IMG/VR virus record: IMGVR_UViG_3300021387_000281
DNA: 20,000 nucleotides
Reading direction: 5' to 3' (one strand)
Origin: an uncultured virus (IMG/VR IMGVR_UViG_3300021387_000281)
Lineage: Duplodnaviria; Heunggongvirae; Uroviricota; Caudoviricetes; Crassvirales
A program made the translations under genes and the position numbers. Shown here piece by piece: positions 1 to 7,633 of this stretch (positions are counted from its first letter, which is position 1; each line of letters opens with the position of its first letter). A model generated the notes under the pieces. The model was given only the letters and a program-made list of their open reading frames with translations. It was not told the DNA's origin and did no database searches.

Positions 1-491
1 TTGCTTAGATAATAGCCATTATCCCATGTATCCATTGACATGTGGTGAACACGAAAAACCATTTTTACTAATTCTAAGAAATTTGGTCCCTTAATACCTT
101 TAGGTTCCACATATCTTTCTCTAAAACGGTTGAAGTAATGAGGGGTGAAATCAAAGCAATAGAATTCACCATCATCACTGCCTTGATATGAATAAATTCC
201 TACTCCATTATTTATAGATTCTTTAGCATGATTTATAAAATACTTCTGAAAAGCACTTACACATATAACTCCTTTGCGTAAGCTACTCTTTGCCTCTGCC
301 TCACACATAATAGTCCAAACTCCCATTCCTGGAATTTCTTCATCTTTTGTATAGAAGTAAGGAAAGCTTTTGGCTTTTGATAATATTTTGTGTATTCTAA
401 CCCTTTTATTAAAAGACATATTGCGGATGTAGTTATCTATTGTCCTCATCTGAGAGTATTTCTCTTCTGGAGTCATTGTTTGTAGTATCAT
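1..491 (-). CDS. Hypothetical protein, partial (3' end runs off the window)
   Basis: Not in ORF track; read manually. ATG at 491 overlaps the TGA of the VWA gene (ATGA). Open for 163 codons to the edge: MILQTMTPEEKYSQMRT...FDFTPHYFNRFRERY... Confidence 0.8.
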   Translation of the reverse strand, partial: MILQTMTPEEKYSQMRTIDNYIRNMSFNKRVRIHKILSKAKSFPYFYTKDEEIPGMGVWTIMCEAEAKSSLRKGVICVSAFQKYFINHAKESINNGVGIYSYQGSDDGEFYCFDFTPHYFNRFRERYVEPKGIKGPNFLELVKMVFRVHHMSMDTWDNGYYLS

Positions 492-1777
492 AGCTTTTCT
501 TTTGGAATATAGATTGTCTTACCAGGGAAATCCTGGTGCATGCCATTAGAGGTGATTACCCATACCATGCCAGAAGGACGCTTGAGAGGAAGAGAACATT
601 CCCCATCAGTGAAATAGATGAGGGAAGCATACTCTTTACGATGCTTAATGTAATACTCTACAGGGGGATTGAAGTTTGTGCCTCCACGCCCTACAATCTC
701 AGGAATCATCTTACCGTCATATTCTACTATCTTGTTGATGCGAGCATCACACTCAAGAATAGTGACACGAGCTCCTGCCTTATAGATATACTCAATCTCA
801 GAGAAGAAGTCTTGAAGTTCCTTAGAGGATACAGAGCCTGAAGTATCGACAGCTACAAGTATAGAAACTTTCTTCTTGTGCTGAATACCTGCTGCTCCTT
901 CAAATCGCTTGCTTTGCTTGCGTCTGGTAGACTTAATATTTACATCATAGATACTTCCAAGCATCCGACGGAAATAAGCCTTCCAGTTAAAAATCTCAGG
1001 CTTTTTCTCACGTAGTTTCTCTACTATCTCACGAAGCTCCATAGGAATAGTACCACACTGCTTCTCAATCTGCTCAGCAGTAGCCTTTACAATAGAGTTG
1101 ATATTGTTCTGTATGAGTTGCTGAGTAGCTTGTGGGATATCTTTAAAGTCTTTCCATGAGTCATGGGAGTCTATAGGCTTGAAACCTTTATTAAGGATTT
1201 CTTCTGGGTATTCTTGCTTCTGAGGTTCTTGCTGTTCTTGGGGAGTATTACCCTCTCCCTCCTCTTTCTTCTCTTCTTGAGAGTTCTGAGAAGATTGAGG
1301 ATTCTGAGAATTTTGAGACTGTCCTCCCTGACCTCCATTACAAGGCAGTTGGGGAGATTGGGCTTGTTGTTGCTGTTGTTGTTGCATCAGAGCCTCATAG
1401 TAGAACTTAGTACCTTTGCCATTAGGGAGACCCAACTGAGATGCAAAGCATCCGTCTTTAGGAAGATTGTCTATGTAGGAGTTTACTTCCATATCCATAG
1501 CAACATTGACCATCTTATGATTAGGGAGATGGTCCCAAGTACCAAAGATATGCTGAAGGGCTATATGACTAAGCTCATGGGTGAGAAGGGCTATCTGTTC
1601 ATCATCAGTATGTTCTTTCCAAAAGTCAGGATTGATAATAAGTTCACAGCCAAGTCCTTGCTTTTTTACTCCTAACGTAGGAACTGCCTTGCTTTCCCTT
1701 TTGGACAGGCTTAATGCAAAGAGTCCATAGAAAGGATTCTTAATAAGCAGACGTTTAAATGCTTTTTCTAATTCCAT
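488..1777 (-). CDS. Putative metallopeptidase + VWA domain protein (DUF2201-like)
   Basis: N-terminal HELSH (HExxH) followed by NVAMDMEVN; Q/S/E-rich linker; C-terminal VWA with MIDAS VDTSGS, GRGGTNF and YFTDG motifs. Confidence 0.85.
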   Translation of the reverse strand: MELEKAFKRLLIKNPFYGLFALSLSKRESKAVPTLGVKKQGLGCELIINPDFWKEHTDDEQIALLTHELSHIALQHIFGTWDHLPNHKMVNVAMDMEVNSYIDNLPKDGCFASQLGLPNGKGTKFYYEALMQQQQQQQAQSPQLPCNGGQGGQSQNSQNPQSSQNSQEEKKEEGEGNTPQEQQEPQKQEYPEEILNKGFKPIDSHDSWKDFKDIPQATQQLIQNNINSIVKATAEQIEKQCGTIPMELREIVEKLREKKPEIFNWKAYFRRMLGSIYDVNIKSTRRKQSKRFEGAAGIQHKKKVSILVAVDTSGSVSSKELQDFFSEIEYIYKAGARVTILECDARINKIVEYDGKMIPEIVGRGGTNFNPPVEYYIKHRKEYASLIYFTDGECSLPLKRPSGMVWVITSNGMHQDFPGKTIYIPKEKL

Positions 1778-1788
1778 AATAATAGATA

Positions 1789-1821
1789 TTTAGTCGTTAT
1801 GCTATAACGACATACTAGACT
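1789..1821 (-). promoter_or_regulatory. 33 bp conserved element, copy 1 (8 bp palindrome arms, 3 nt spacer)
   Basis: Minus strand AGTCTAGTAT-GTCGTTAT-AGC-ATAACGAC-TAAA, ending 11 nt before the ATG at 1777; 25/33 identical to 4913-4945. Confidence 0.65.
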
Positions 1822-1945
1822 TAAACTTAGGGCAAGCAGGACAATATGACCATGTAGACTTTGGTCCAAATGTGCAGATAGGAGTTCCTAATATATCATA
1901 GAAGAAATACAGGCACTCTTTGCATAAATGGTCTTTAGATGGCAT
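1802..1945 (-). CDS. Small Cys-rich protein (47 aa), possible Zn-binding
   Basis: Manual read: MPSKDHLCKECLYFFYDILGTPICTFGPKSTWSYCPACPKFKSSMSL*. Two CxxC motifs; AAGGAGGT upstream; starts 2 nt after the upstream stop. Confidence 0.6.
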   Translation of the reverse strand: MPSKDHLCKECLYFFYDILGTPICTFGPKSTWSYCPACPKFKSSMSL

Positions 1946-1947
1946 AA

Positions 1948-2109
1948 CTACCACCTCCTTTCCCTTAGTAAGTCATACTCAGTGAATACTCTCCAGTTTT
2001 TGTCAACATAGTACTTTACCTTGTTGACAGTGGCAGCATAGTACAATGTGCTGCCTTTACGATTATAAATGATTTCGTTTTTCATTACAGTAAGCTTTTT
2101 TTCAATCAT
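1948..2109 (-). CDS. Small hypothetical protein (53 aa; alternative start 2085)
   Basis: Manual read: MIEKKLTVMKNEIIYNRKGSTLYYAATVNKVKYYVDKNWRVFTEYDLLRERRW*; fills the gap between neighbours. Confidence 0.55.
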   Translation of the reverse strand: MIEKKLTVMKNEIIYNRKGSTLYYAATVNKVKYYVDKNWRVFTEYDLLRERRW

Positions 2110-2130
2110 TCATTGTAGGTACAATTATAA

Positions 2131-2523
2131 TTAATCTTGTTTTCTAGGTTCTGGATAAGTAGCACACACCCAGTTATAGAAAGATTCTGCAATCTTCTCT
2201 ATCTCTTCAATGGTAGTATCATCATGCCATGTGAGAAATAGTTCCATTCTTTCATCAATAGTTCTAGATACATCAACATGTACCTCAATTCCTACATGAT
2301 TTCTCTCTTTCTCAGGAAGTCTATTCCATAGTTCCCTCTTTAGAGAATAGTCATAGATGGAAAGAAGCAGCTGGTAACCATTTCTATTTTCTTCCCATTT
2401 ATTATCTTTCTTATGAAAGCCTTTGCCTATAACATAATCCTCTTCATGCCAATGCTGAATATATTTCTTATACCCTCTTTCATAGAGAGATTGTGCAAGA
2501 GGCTCAAACTGGTCTTTGTTCAT
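2131..2523 (-). CDS. Hypothetical phage protein
   Basis: 130 aa ORF, co-oriented, A-rich start context. Confidence 0.75.
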   Translation of the reverse strand: MNKDQFEPLAQSLYERGYKKYIQHWHEEDYVIGKGFHKKDNKWEENRNGYQLLLSIYDYSLKRELWNRLPEKERNHVGIEVHVDVSRTIDERMELFLTWHDDTTIEEIEKIAESFYNWVCATYPEPRKQD

Positions 2524-2674
2524 GTTTTCTTTCTTTTTTTAACTGTTCTCTTTTATACTCTGCAATATAGCGGGTAGCTTGTACTTTTTCTCTACCACCT
2601 CTGTTCCAATACCAATCTTTCCAGTATTCTTTAGGATTAGTTTTCCACATGGGAGCTTTAGAAATACTATCCAT
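2504..2674 (-). CDS. Small basic Trp-rich hypothetical protein (56 aa)
   Basis: Manual read: MDSISKAPMWKTNPKEYWKDWYWNRGGREKVQATRY...; ATG coupled to the upstream stop (TAATG). Confidence 0.65.
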   Translation of the reverse strand: MDSISKAPMWKTNPKEYWKDWYWNRGGREKVQATRYIAEYKREQLKKERKHEQRPV

Positions 2675-2850
2675 TACTTCAAGACTTCTTTATGAAAGGT
2701 TATATTTCCCTGGGTAAACATCCATTGACAGTCATTGGCTCTATGTCCAAGAGAGTCTAAGAGTTCATCTATATCAGGCTCATTATCATATTTTACAGGA
2801 TAGATATCTACTTCTCCTGTAGTAAAGTCAAGAATAATTAACTTTTCCAT
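2674..2850 (-). CDS. Small acidic hypothetical protein (58 aa)
   Basis: Manual read: MEKLIILDFTTGEVDIYPVKYDNEPDIDELLDSLGHRANDCQWMFTQGNITFHKEVLK*; TAATG overlaps at both ends. Confidence 0.7.
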   Translation of the reverse strand: MEKLIILDFTTGEVDIYPVKYDNEPDIDELLDSLGHRANDCQWMFTQGNITFHKEVLK

Positions 2851-3020
2851 TATATTACCTTTTTTAATGTTTCAATGAGAGCATCACGTATAATGCTCTT
2901 GTCTTTTAAATCACATCTATGAAGTGCTACATAGTTTCTTCGGTAATTACCATACTAGTCAGTATAGTCTTTTACTTTACAATATGTACCATCTTCATTA
3001 ACAGTAATAGTAATCTTCAT
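2850..3020 (-). CDS. Small protein (56 codons) interrupted by an in-frame TAG at 2955-2957 (readthrough or pseudogene)
   Basis: MKITITVNEDGTYCKVKDYTD[TAG]YGNYRRNYVALHRCDLKDKSIIRDALIETLKKVI*; start coupled by TGATG and end by TAATG. Confidence 0.6.
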
Positions 3021-3466
3021 CAGTTCTCAACATATTCAGTTTCATCTTCTGTCCAACCTTCACACTCCTCAATAAGATGCTTGATTTCCCTCTTTTTCTG
3101 CTTTGTCCTAGCATCATTGGCTTCCTCTGCATCCTTTAATATATCCCATTGTTTCATAAGGTATTCCTTGAACTTATTTATAAGTTCTAATGGGGTATAA
3201 TGGTCATTCTTATATTCTTTATCCCAATTAGTATCAGAAGTATCATCAGAGTCATGCCAGCCCACAGCAGTATAACCACCTTCATCATCAGACTCATAAT
3301 CTACTCCAGATGCTCCAGGAATGTAGTTATCTGTGTAAACAATGACATTTTTACTGAGAGATTGAGAACAAGTTACTTCAAACTCTTTCTCTGGAATAAC
3401 AGGTTCATTCCAAGGTGCTGATGGATCAAACTCAGATCCTGCAGGATAATAGCCACTTTCAATCAT
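3020..3466 (-). CDS. Acidic hypothetical protein
   Basis: 148 aa, D/E-rich, YYPAG..DPSAPWNE N-terminus; ATGA overlap with the upstream gene. Confidence 0.8.
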   Translation of the reverse strand: MIESGYYPAGSEFDPSAPWNEPVIPEKEFEVTCSQSLSKNVIVYTDNYIPGASGVDYESDDEGGYTAVGWHDSDDTSDTNWDKEYKNDHYTPLELINKFKEYLMKQWDILKDAEEANDARTKQKKREIKHLIEECEGWTEDETEYVEN

Positions 3467-4068
3467 ATAAAATCAAACATTATAAAGTTGTCAGAACCTA
3501 AATGTTTTGCATAGTTATCTGCATTATGTATCTGCGCATATAACCAAGGCCAGAAGTCATCAAGTTTAGCATACCATTTATTCTTATTTGAGCCAAACAT
3601 TGAAGTAGTAGAGCTATAGCAATGGGTGATGTTAGGAGTGATGAAGTGAGAATTGTACAACTGTTTCCAATCATATTTTCTCCTACCTTCAAGGAAATAA
3701 ATCTTATTGAAGGTTCTATCAATCATCTCACAGAATTCAGTAAACTTCTCCTCCTGATACTCCTGTGACTTCACCTTATGATTCTGCTCTAACAACACTC
3801 TTACATATACAGGTTCCTGCTTACCTTTATCATTGAGGAATTGAAGGTCAGCAAGAAGTTTTTCCACAGAGATGTCAAAAGAGAGTATCCCATGCCTAAT
3901 TAAGAGACCATCCTTACTGAAGAATAGTCTCAGGTCAAACATACGTACTCCAGCATTCCACTGATTAATGATGGAATGCTTCTGACATCTTGCCATAAAG
4001 CGGAAGGGGTACATATACCAGTATTTAGGACGGGCATAAGACCAAGAGTTATGACTAGCTAATCTCAT
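3463..4068 (-). CDS. PI-PLC X-domain-like phosphodiesterase
   Basis: LASHNS (first catalytic His), CQ..SI..Q...GVRMFDLR, IRHG (second His): the signature order of bacterial PI-PLC X domains. Confidence 0.75.
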   Translation of the reverse strand: MRLASHNSWSYARPKYWYMYPFRFMARCQKHSIINQWNAGVRMFDLRLFFSKDGLLIRHGILSFDISVEKLLADLQFLNDKGKQEPVYVRVLLEQNHKVKSQEYQEEKFTEFCEMIDRTFNKIYFLEGRRKYDWKQLYNSHFITPNITHCYSSTTSMFGSNKNKWYAKLDDFWPWLYAQIHNADNYAKHLGSDNFIMFDFI

Positions 4069-4074
4069 ATTCCT

Positions 4075-4449
4075 TTAGAAGTTAATCTCATGTTTCTTTA
4101 CAAGTTCTATATATTTAGTGAGATACCAATTAGCTTTCTTAATATCCTCTAAACCACCTTTTCTATTGCTGCGCCAATTATACTTAAAGGCATTCAATCT
4201 GCACCAGATAGCCACTTCTGCATCTCCAAAAGCTGCTCTCATGGCATCTATGCACTCTATCTTCACAGAAGGGCTCTTCGACTGATAATGTTTGGGGTGA
4301 TTTACCATATCATTGGTAGTGACGGGGTCACTACATACAGGACTCTCAGCATAGTCTTTATTGGTGATAGACATATTGGTATAGTCTGTATTAGACTTAC
4401 CTTCTTGTAGCTGATTGAATACAATTTTCTTTACTTCTTCACTTGTCAT
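4075..4449 (-). CDS. DUF3310 / SaV-like protein (T7 gp1.7 nucleotide kinase-related)
   Basis: DMVNHPKHY, IECID, NAFKYNWR, KGGLEDIKKANWYL motifs. Confidence 0.85.
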   Translation of the reverse strand: MTSEEVKKIVFNQLQEGKSNTDYTNMSITNKDYAESPVCSDPVTTNDMVNHPKHYQSKSPSVKIECIDAMRAAFGDAEVAIWCRLNAFKYNWRSNRKGGLEDIKKANWYLTKYIELVKKHEINF

Positions 4450-4898
4450 TATTCTTCTTCCTCCTTTTCTTCTGAATGAATGTTATAATACTCGTAGTCT
4501 ACTTGCTTGATACCTTCGATGAGAAGGTCATAGCCTTCCTTAGCTAACTGTTGGGCATTATGGTTAGCCTCTGTAAGGTCATTAGCCCATAAGAGAACCT
4601 GATACCTGAGAGCTTTCTCATTACCATCATCATCAACAAAGATGTCTTTGAGAGTAGCAATGAAAGAATACTCACCTTTGAACTGATCGGCAATCTCCTT
4701 GATAGAAGACATCTTCATAGAGGTAATATAGAAGTCAAAGATTGGACCTCCATAAGCTTCCAAATCAGCTTCAAGAAGGTGAGTAAGAGCATACTCAGCA
4801 TTTGAGAAGAACTCAGTCTCTGTAAGGTAGGTTTCTACAGTTTTTCGATACTTGTTATCAACCTTACGGGTGATTTTGATTTTTGTTTCTATTAGCAT
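4449..4898 (-). CDS. DUF4494-like protein (Bacteroidota family)
   Basis: Two-repeat pattern ETKIK...ETYL...FSNAE and DDDGNEK...QVLLWANDLTEA resembles DUF4494. Confidence 0.65.
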   Translation of the reverse strand: MLIETKIKITRKVDNKYRKTVETYLTETEFFSNAEYALTHLLEADLEAYGGPIFDFYITSMKMSSIKEIADQFKGEYSFIATLKDIFVDDDGNEKALRYQVLLWANDLTEANHNAQQLAKEGYDLLIEGIKQVDYEYYNIHSEEKEEEE

Positions 4899-4912
4899 AA
4901 TTGTTTTGATTT

Positions 4913-4945
4913 TTTAGTTGCTATAACATAGCAACATACTGGACT
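4913..4945 (-). promoter_or_regulatory. 33 bp conserved element, copy 2
   Basis: Minus strand AGTCCAGTAT-GTTGCTAT-GTT-ATAGCAAC-TAAA, ending 14 nt before the ATG at 4898; compensatory stem changes versus copy 1. Confidence 0.65.
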
Positions 4946-5198
4946 AAGATATAGCTAACTGGCCTAAGCCACACTCTTTAAGGCGAGCATTAGCATAGTT
5001 GTGACGAAGCTCTGAGAGTTTCTCTACAATTTCCTTTGTTGCCCACTGCTTTTCAATAGGAACAAAAGGGACACCATTGTAAGCAATAAATAGACTATCA
5101 TCAAAGTCATCGAGAGTAATGAGTCTCTCAGCTTCTTCCATGATGTTTGCATAACGCTTGGTTTGAGATTTTTCTCTGATTGTACGAATGAATTCCAT
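4944..5198 (-). CDS. Hypothetical protein
   Basis: 84 aa ORF starting 3 nt after the upstream stop. Confidence 0.75.
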   Translation of the reverse strand: MEFIRTIREKSQTKRYANIMEEAERLITLDDFDDSLFIAYNGVPFVPIEKQWATKEIVEKLSELRHNYANARLKECGLGQLAIS

Positions 5199-5201
5199 AA
5201 T

Positions 5202-5600
5202 TTAAAACTTAAATTCAATATTTCTTTTTGAAGGGAATGATTTGATGTAGTCAATAAATCGCTGCATAAGAAGGCTATCTTTATCATCACATCTGTCAAT
5301 GGCATACATTAGCAAATCCTGAAGAGCACTGCAAGACTCCTCATAGGAAAGCTGTGTTTCCATATCAGTAGTGAGAAACAGCTTACGAAGTTCACGAGAG
5401 CATTTAAGCAACCCTTTCCAATTTTGTTTTTCTTTGAACTTTATTGGGGGAACTCCTGCTTTCTTTCTATACTCATCAATATCTACCATTAATGCCTCAC
5501 AGATGTCTGGGAGGATATAAAGAATAGTCATGCGAATGTTTGCCTGATACATCAGTTCTTCCTGCTGTTCTTCTGAAATACTATTTAATGTTTCCAACAT
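5202..5600 (-). CDS. Hypothetical protein
   Basis: 132 aa ORF overlapping the end of the polymerase gene. Confidence 0.75.
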   Translation of the reverse strand: MLETLNSISEEQQEELMYQANIRMTILYILPDICEALMVDIDEYRKKAGVPPIKFKEKQNWKGLLKCSRELRKLFLTTDMETQLSYEESCSALQDLLMYAIDRCDDKDSLLMQRFIDYIKSFPSKRNIEFKF

Positions 5601-7633
5601 GTGTCAATTTCTGGTTTTGCGGGGATTGGTAATTTTGTACATACTAATGCAGCAGCTTCTTCCATGCACTTAGATTGCATCAGAGGAACTTCAGAGAGGT
5701 CTTTCGGATAGATAATATTACTCTCATCATGGACAAGAGAAGCTAGTTCTACTATTCCAAAATAATTACTATCAACAATCCAATTAAAGAAGTTAGTCAT
5801 AGCTATCTTCAGAATCACTATACCTGAGCCTTGCGTCGGAGCATTAAGAGCCATACGGTCATACTTAGATGCAGCTTTGAAATGCATGGATACCATTTGA
5901 GCAATAGAATCGCCAGTACCTTTATGCTTGGTTCTATACTCTTCCCAAAACTGTTGAGTAAATGATTTTTGGCGTTCTAACCAATCTTTATGGTCCCACC
6001 AATACATCTTATGCCCTGAGTATTTGCACATAAGAATATAGCCATGTTTTCTTACAAACTCTGAACCTCTTTTCTTGAAGTCTGCAATGCCCTTGAAACC
6101 GTTCCAATAATCTTCTGCTATCTGCTCTGCTTCTTCAATAGAGCAAGCCAGTGCCCCTTGAATAGCAAATGGGGAGCCTCCAAACTGCATAGCAAACTCA
6201 GGGCCCTTTGCCTTCTTTCTTAGGTCAGGACGGAGTTTCTTGATGTCTTTTACGTCAATGCCTTCAAGTTCTTTAGGGAAACAGAATTTTGCTACGAGAG
6301 AATGAATATCTCCGCTTCCATGTAAATACTCGTCAATCATAGCAGGCTCATTATAAATATCTGCTCCGAGTCTACTCTCAAGTGCAGAGAAATCACAGGA
6401 AGACCACTTATAGCCTGTAGGAGCTGTAAAGCAGGCTCTGGTGACTTCATCACTTGGCAGCTGCTGGATATTAGGATAGGTGCAATCTTTGGGACTGAGA
6501 TGCTTGTATTTAGCCAAATCAGTGTTGGGTTGCTGAGAACCACAAGACATTCTGCCCGATGCTGCTCCCAATTGCCGATAGACAGTGTGTATTCTATGTG
6601 TCTTTGGGTTGACAGCATTGAGGTGGCCCTGACCAAAAGAAGTGACTACCTTGAAATGCTCTTGATAGGCAAAGTAAAGCTTGAGGAACTCATCACAAAT
6701 ACCCTTTTGGGACTTTAGATGCTTCTCAAGAACAGAATCTTTGTCTTCTCCAGTCTTTTTATCTTTTACCTGAGTATCAAAGCCTAAATCCTTGGCAAGT
6801 TTTACTACTTGTTGAGAAGACGACCAATTGATTGTACACTTAGGTGTAAGGTCAAAACCTTCAAAGAGGTCACCTTGACGATTGACAAATGTGTAAGCAG
6901 AGAGAGACGGGGTAGTGATTACAAAGTTGTCAAGAGCCTTTTTGCTTTCCTTGAGCATTTTCTCATCATCTTGCATCTTTGCTTTCCATTTCTCTTCATC
7001 AAGATGTATGCCACACCATTCAAGATAAGCTATAGCAGGTATGAAATCACATTCAATCTTAGCGGCTTTAAGAAGCTCCTGATTCTTGAGGTCTTTCAGT
7101 TGAGAGTGCATGATTTGTTCCAAATATGTTACATCACCAGCAGCATACTGAATGACTGAATCATCCAATCCTCGCCAGATAATCTCTCCTCTGACTGTTT
7201 TATCAATATTGATTCCAAGTCTACGCCATGCGATTTCTTTCAGAGAATAAGAGATTTGTCCAGCAGGATAGCCAAGATGCAATAACTGTTCTACAATCAT
7301 AGTATCATATATCTTACGAGGAATGATTTTATAATTGTAGAAGAACTGTAGGTCAAACTTAGCATTCTGGAACAACAGCCTTTTTGACTCAAGCAAGTTT
7401 TTGTAGTAATGAATATCTACTGTCGATGTATCAATAACTACTCTGGCATCAGCTTTATCATTGCCTAACTGCACACATAGAAGCTCACAAAGATGTGGGT
7501 CTCTGCCTGTAGTTTCAGTATCTACCTGAATGACTTCCCATGAAGACATCATATGTAAAGATTCATCTACAGAAAGGACGGTATAAAGACTGTTTGGAAA
7601 CAGTTGCTTTTGTTTTGTTACTAGATAAATCAT
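5585..7633 (-). CDS. polA: Family A DNA polymerase with 3'-5' exonuclease domain
   Basis: ExoI VDTETTG, ExoII QNAKFDL, ExoIII YAAGDV; SGRMS, PNIQQLP; motif A DFSALESR, motif B RKKAKGPEFAMQFG, NAPTQGSG, motif C VHDE. Confidence 0.95.
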   Translation of the reverse strand: MIYLVTKQKQLFPNSLYTVLSVDESLHMMSSWEVIQVDTETTGRDPHLCELLCVQLGNDKADARVVIDTSTVDIHYYKNLLESKRLLFQNAKFDLQFFYNYKIIPRKIYDTMIVEQLLHLGYPAGQISYSLKEIAWRRLGINIDKTVRGEIIWRGLDDSVIQYAAGDVTYLEQIMHSQLKDLKNQELLKAAKIECDFIPAIAYLEWCGIHLDEEKWKAKMQDDEKMLKESKKALDNFVITTPSLSAYTFVNRQGDLFEGFDLTPKCTINWSSSQQVVKLAKDLGFDTQVKDKKTGEDKDSVLEKHLKSQKGICDEFLKLYFAYQEHFKVVTSFGQGHLNAVNPKTHRIHTVYRQLGAASGRMSCGSQQPNTDLAKYKHLSPKDCTYPNIQQLPSDEVTRACFTAPTGYKWSSCDFSALESRLGADIYNEPAMIDEYLHGSGDIHSLVAKFCFPKELEGIDVKDIKKLRPDLRKKAKGPEFAMQFGGSPFAIQGALACSIEEAEQIAEDYWNGFKGIADFKKRGSEFVRKHGYILMCKYSGHKMYWWDHKDWLERQKSFTQQFWEEYRTKHKGTGDSIAQMVSMHFKAASKYDRMALNAPTQGSGIVILKIAMTNFFNWIVDSNYFGIVELASLVHDESNIIYPKDLSEVPLMQSKCMEEAAALVCTKLPIPAKPEIDTCWKH

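Noticed and set aside
1280..1390. Short tandem repeats as a CRISPR array or mobile-element repeat
   Set aside because: They are codon-level repeats (CAA/CAG, TCTCAGAAT-like) encoding the Q/S/N linker; there is no repeat-spacer structure.
5585..7633. Intein or intron in the polymerase
   Set aside because: The ORF is continuous with all motifs at plausible spacing; the short insert near the C-terminus has no splicing or homing-endonuclease motifs.
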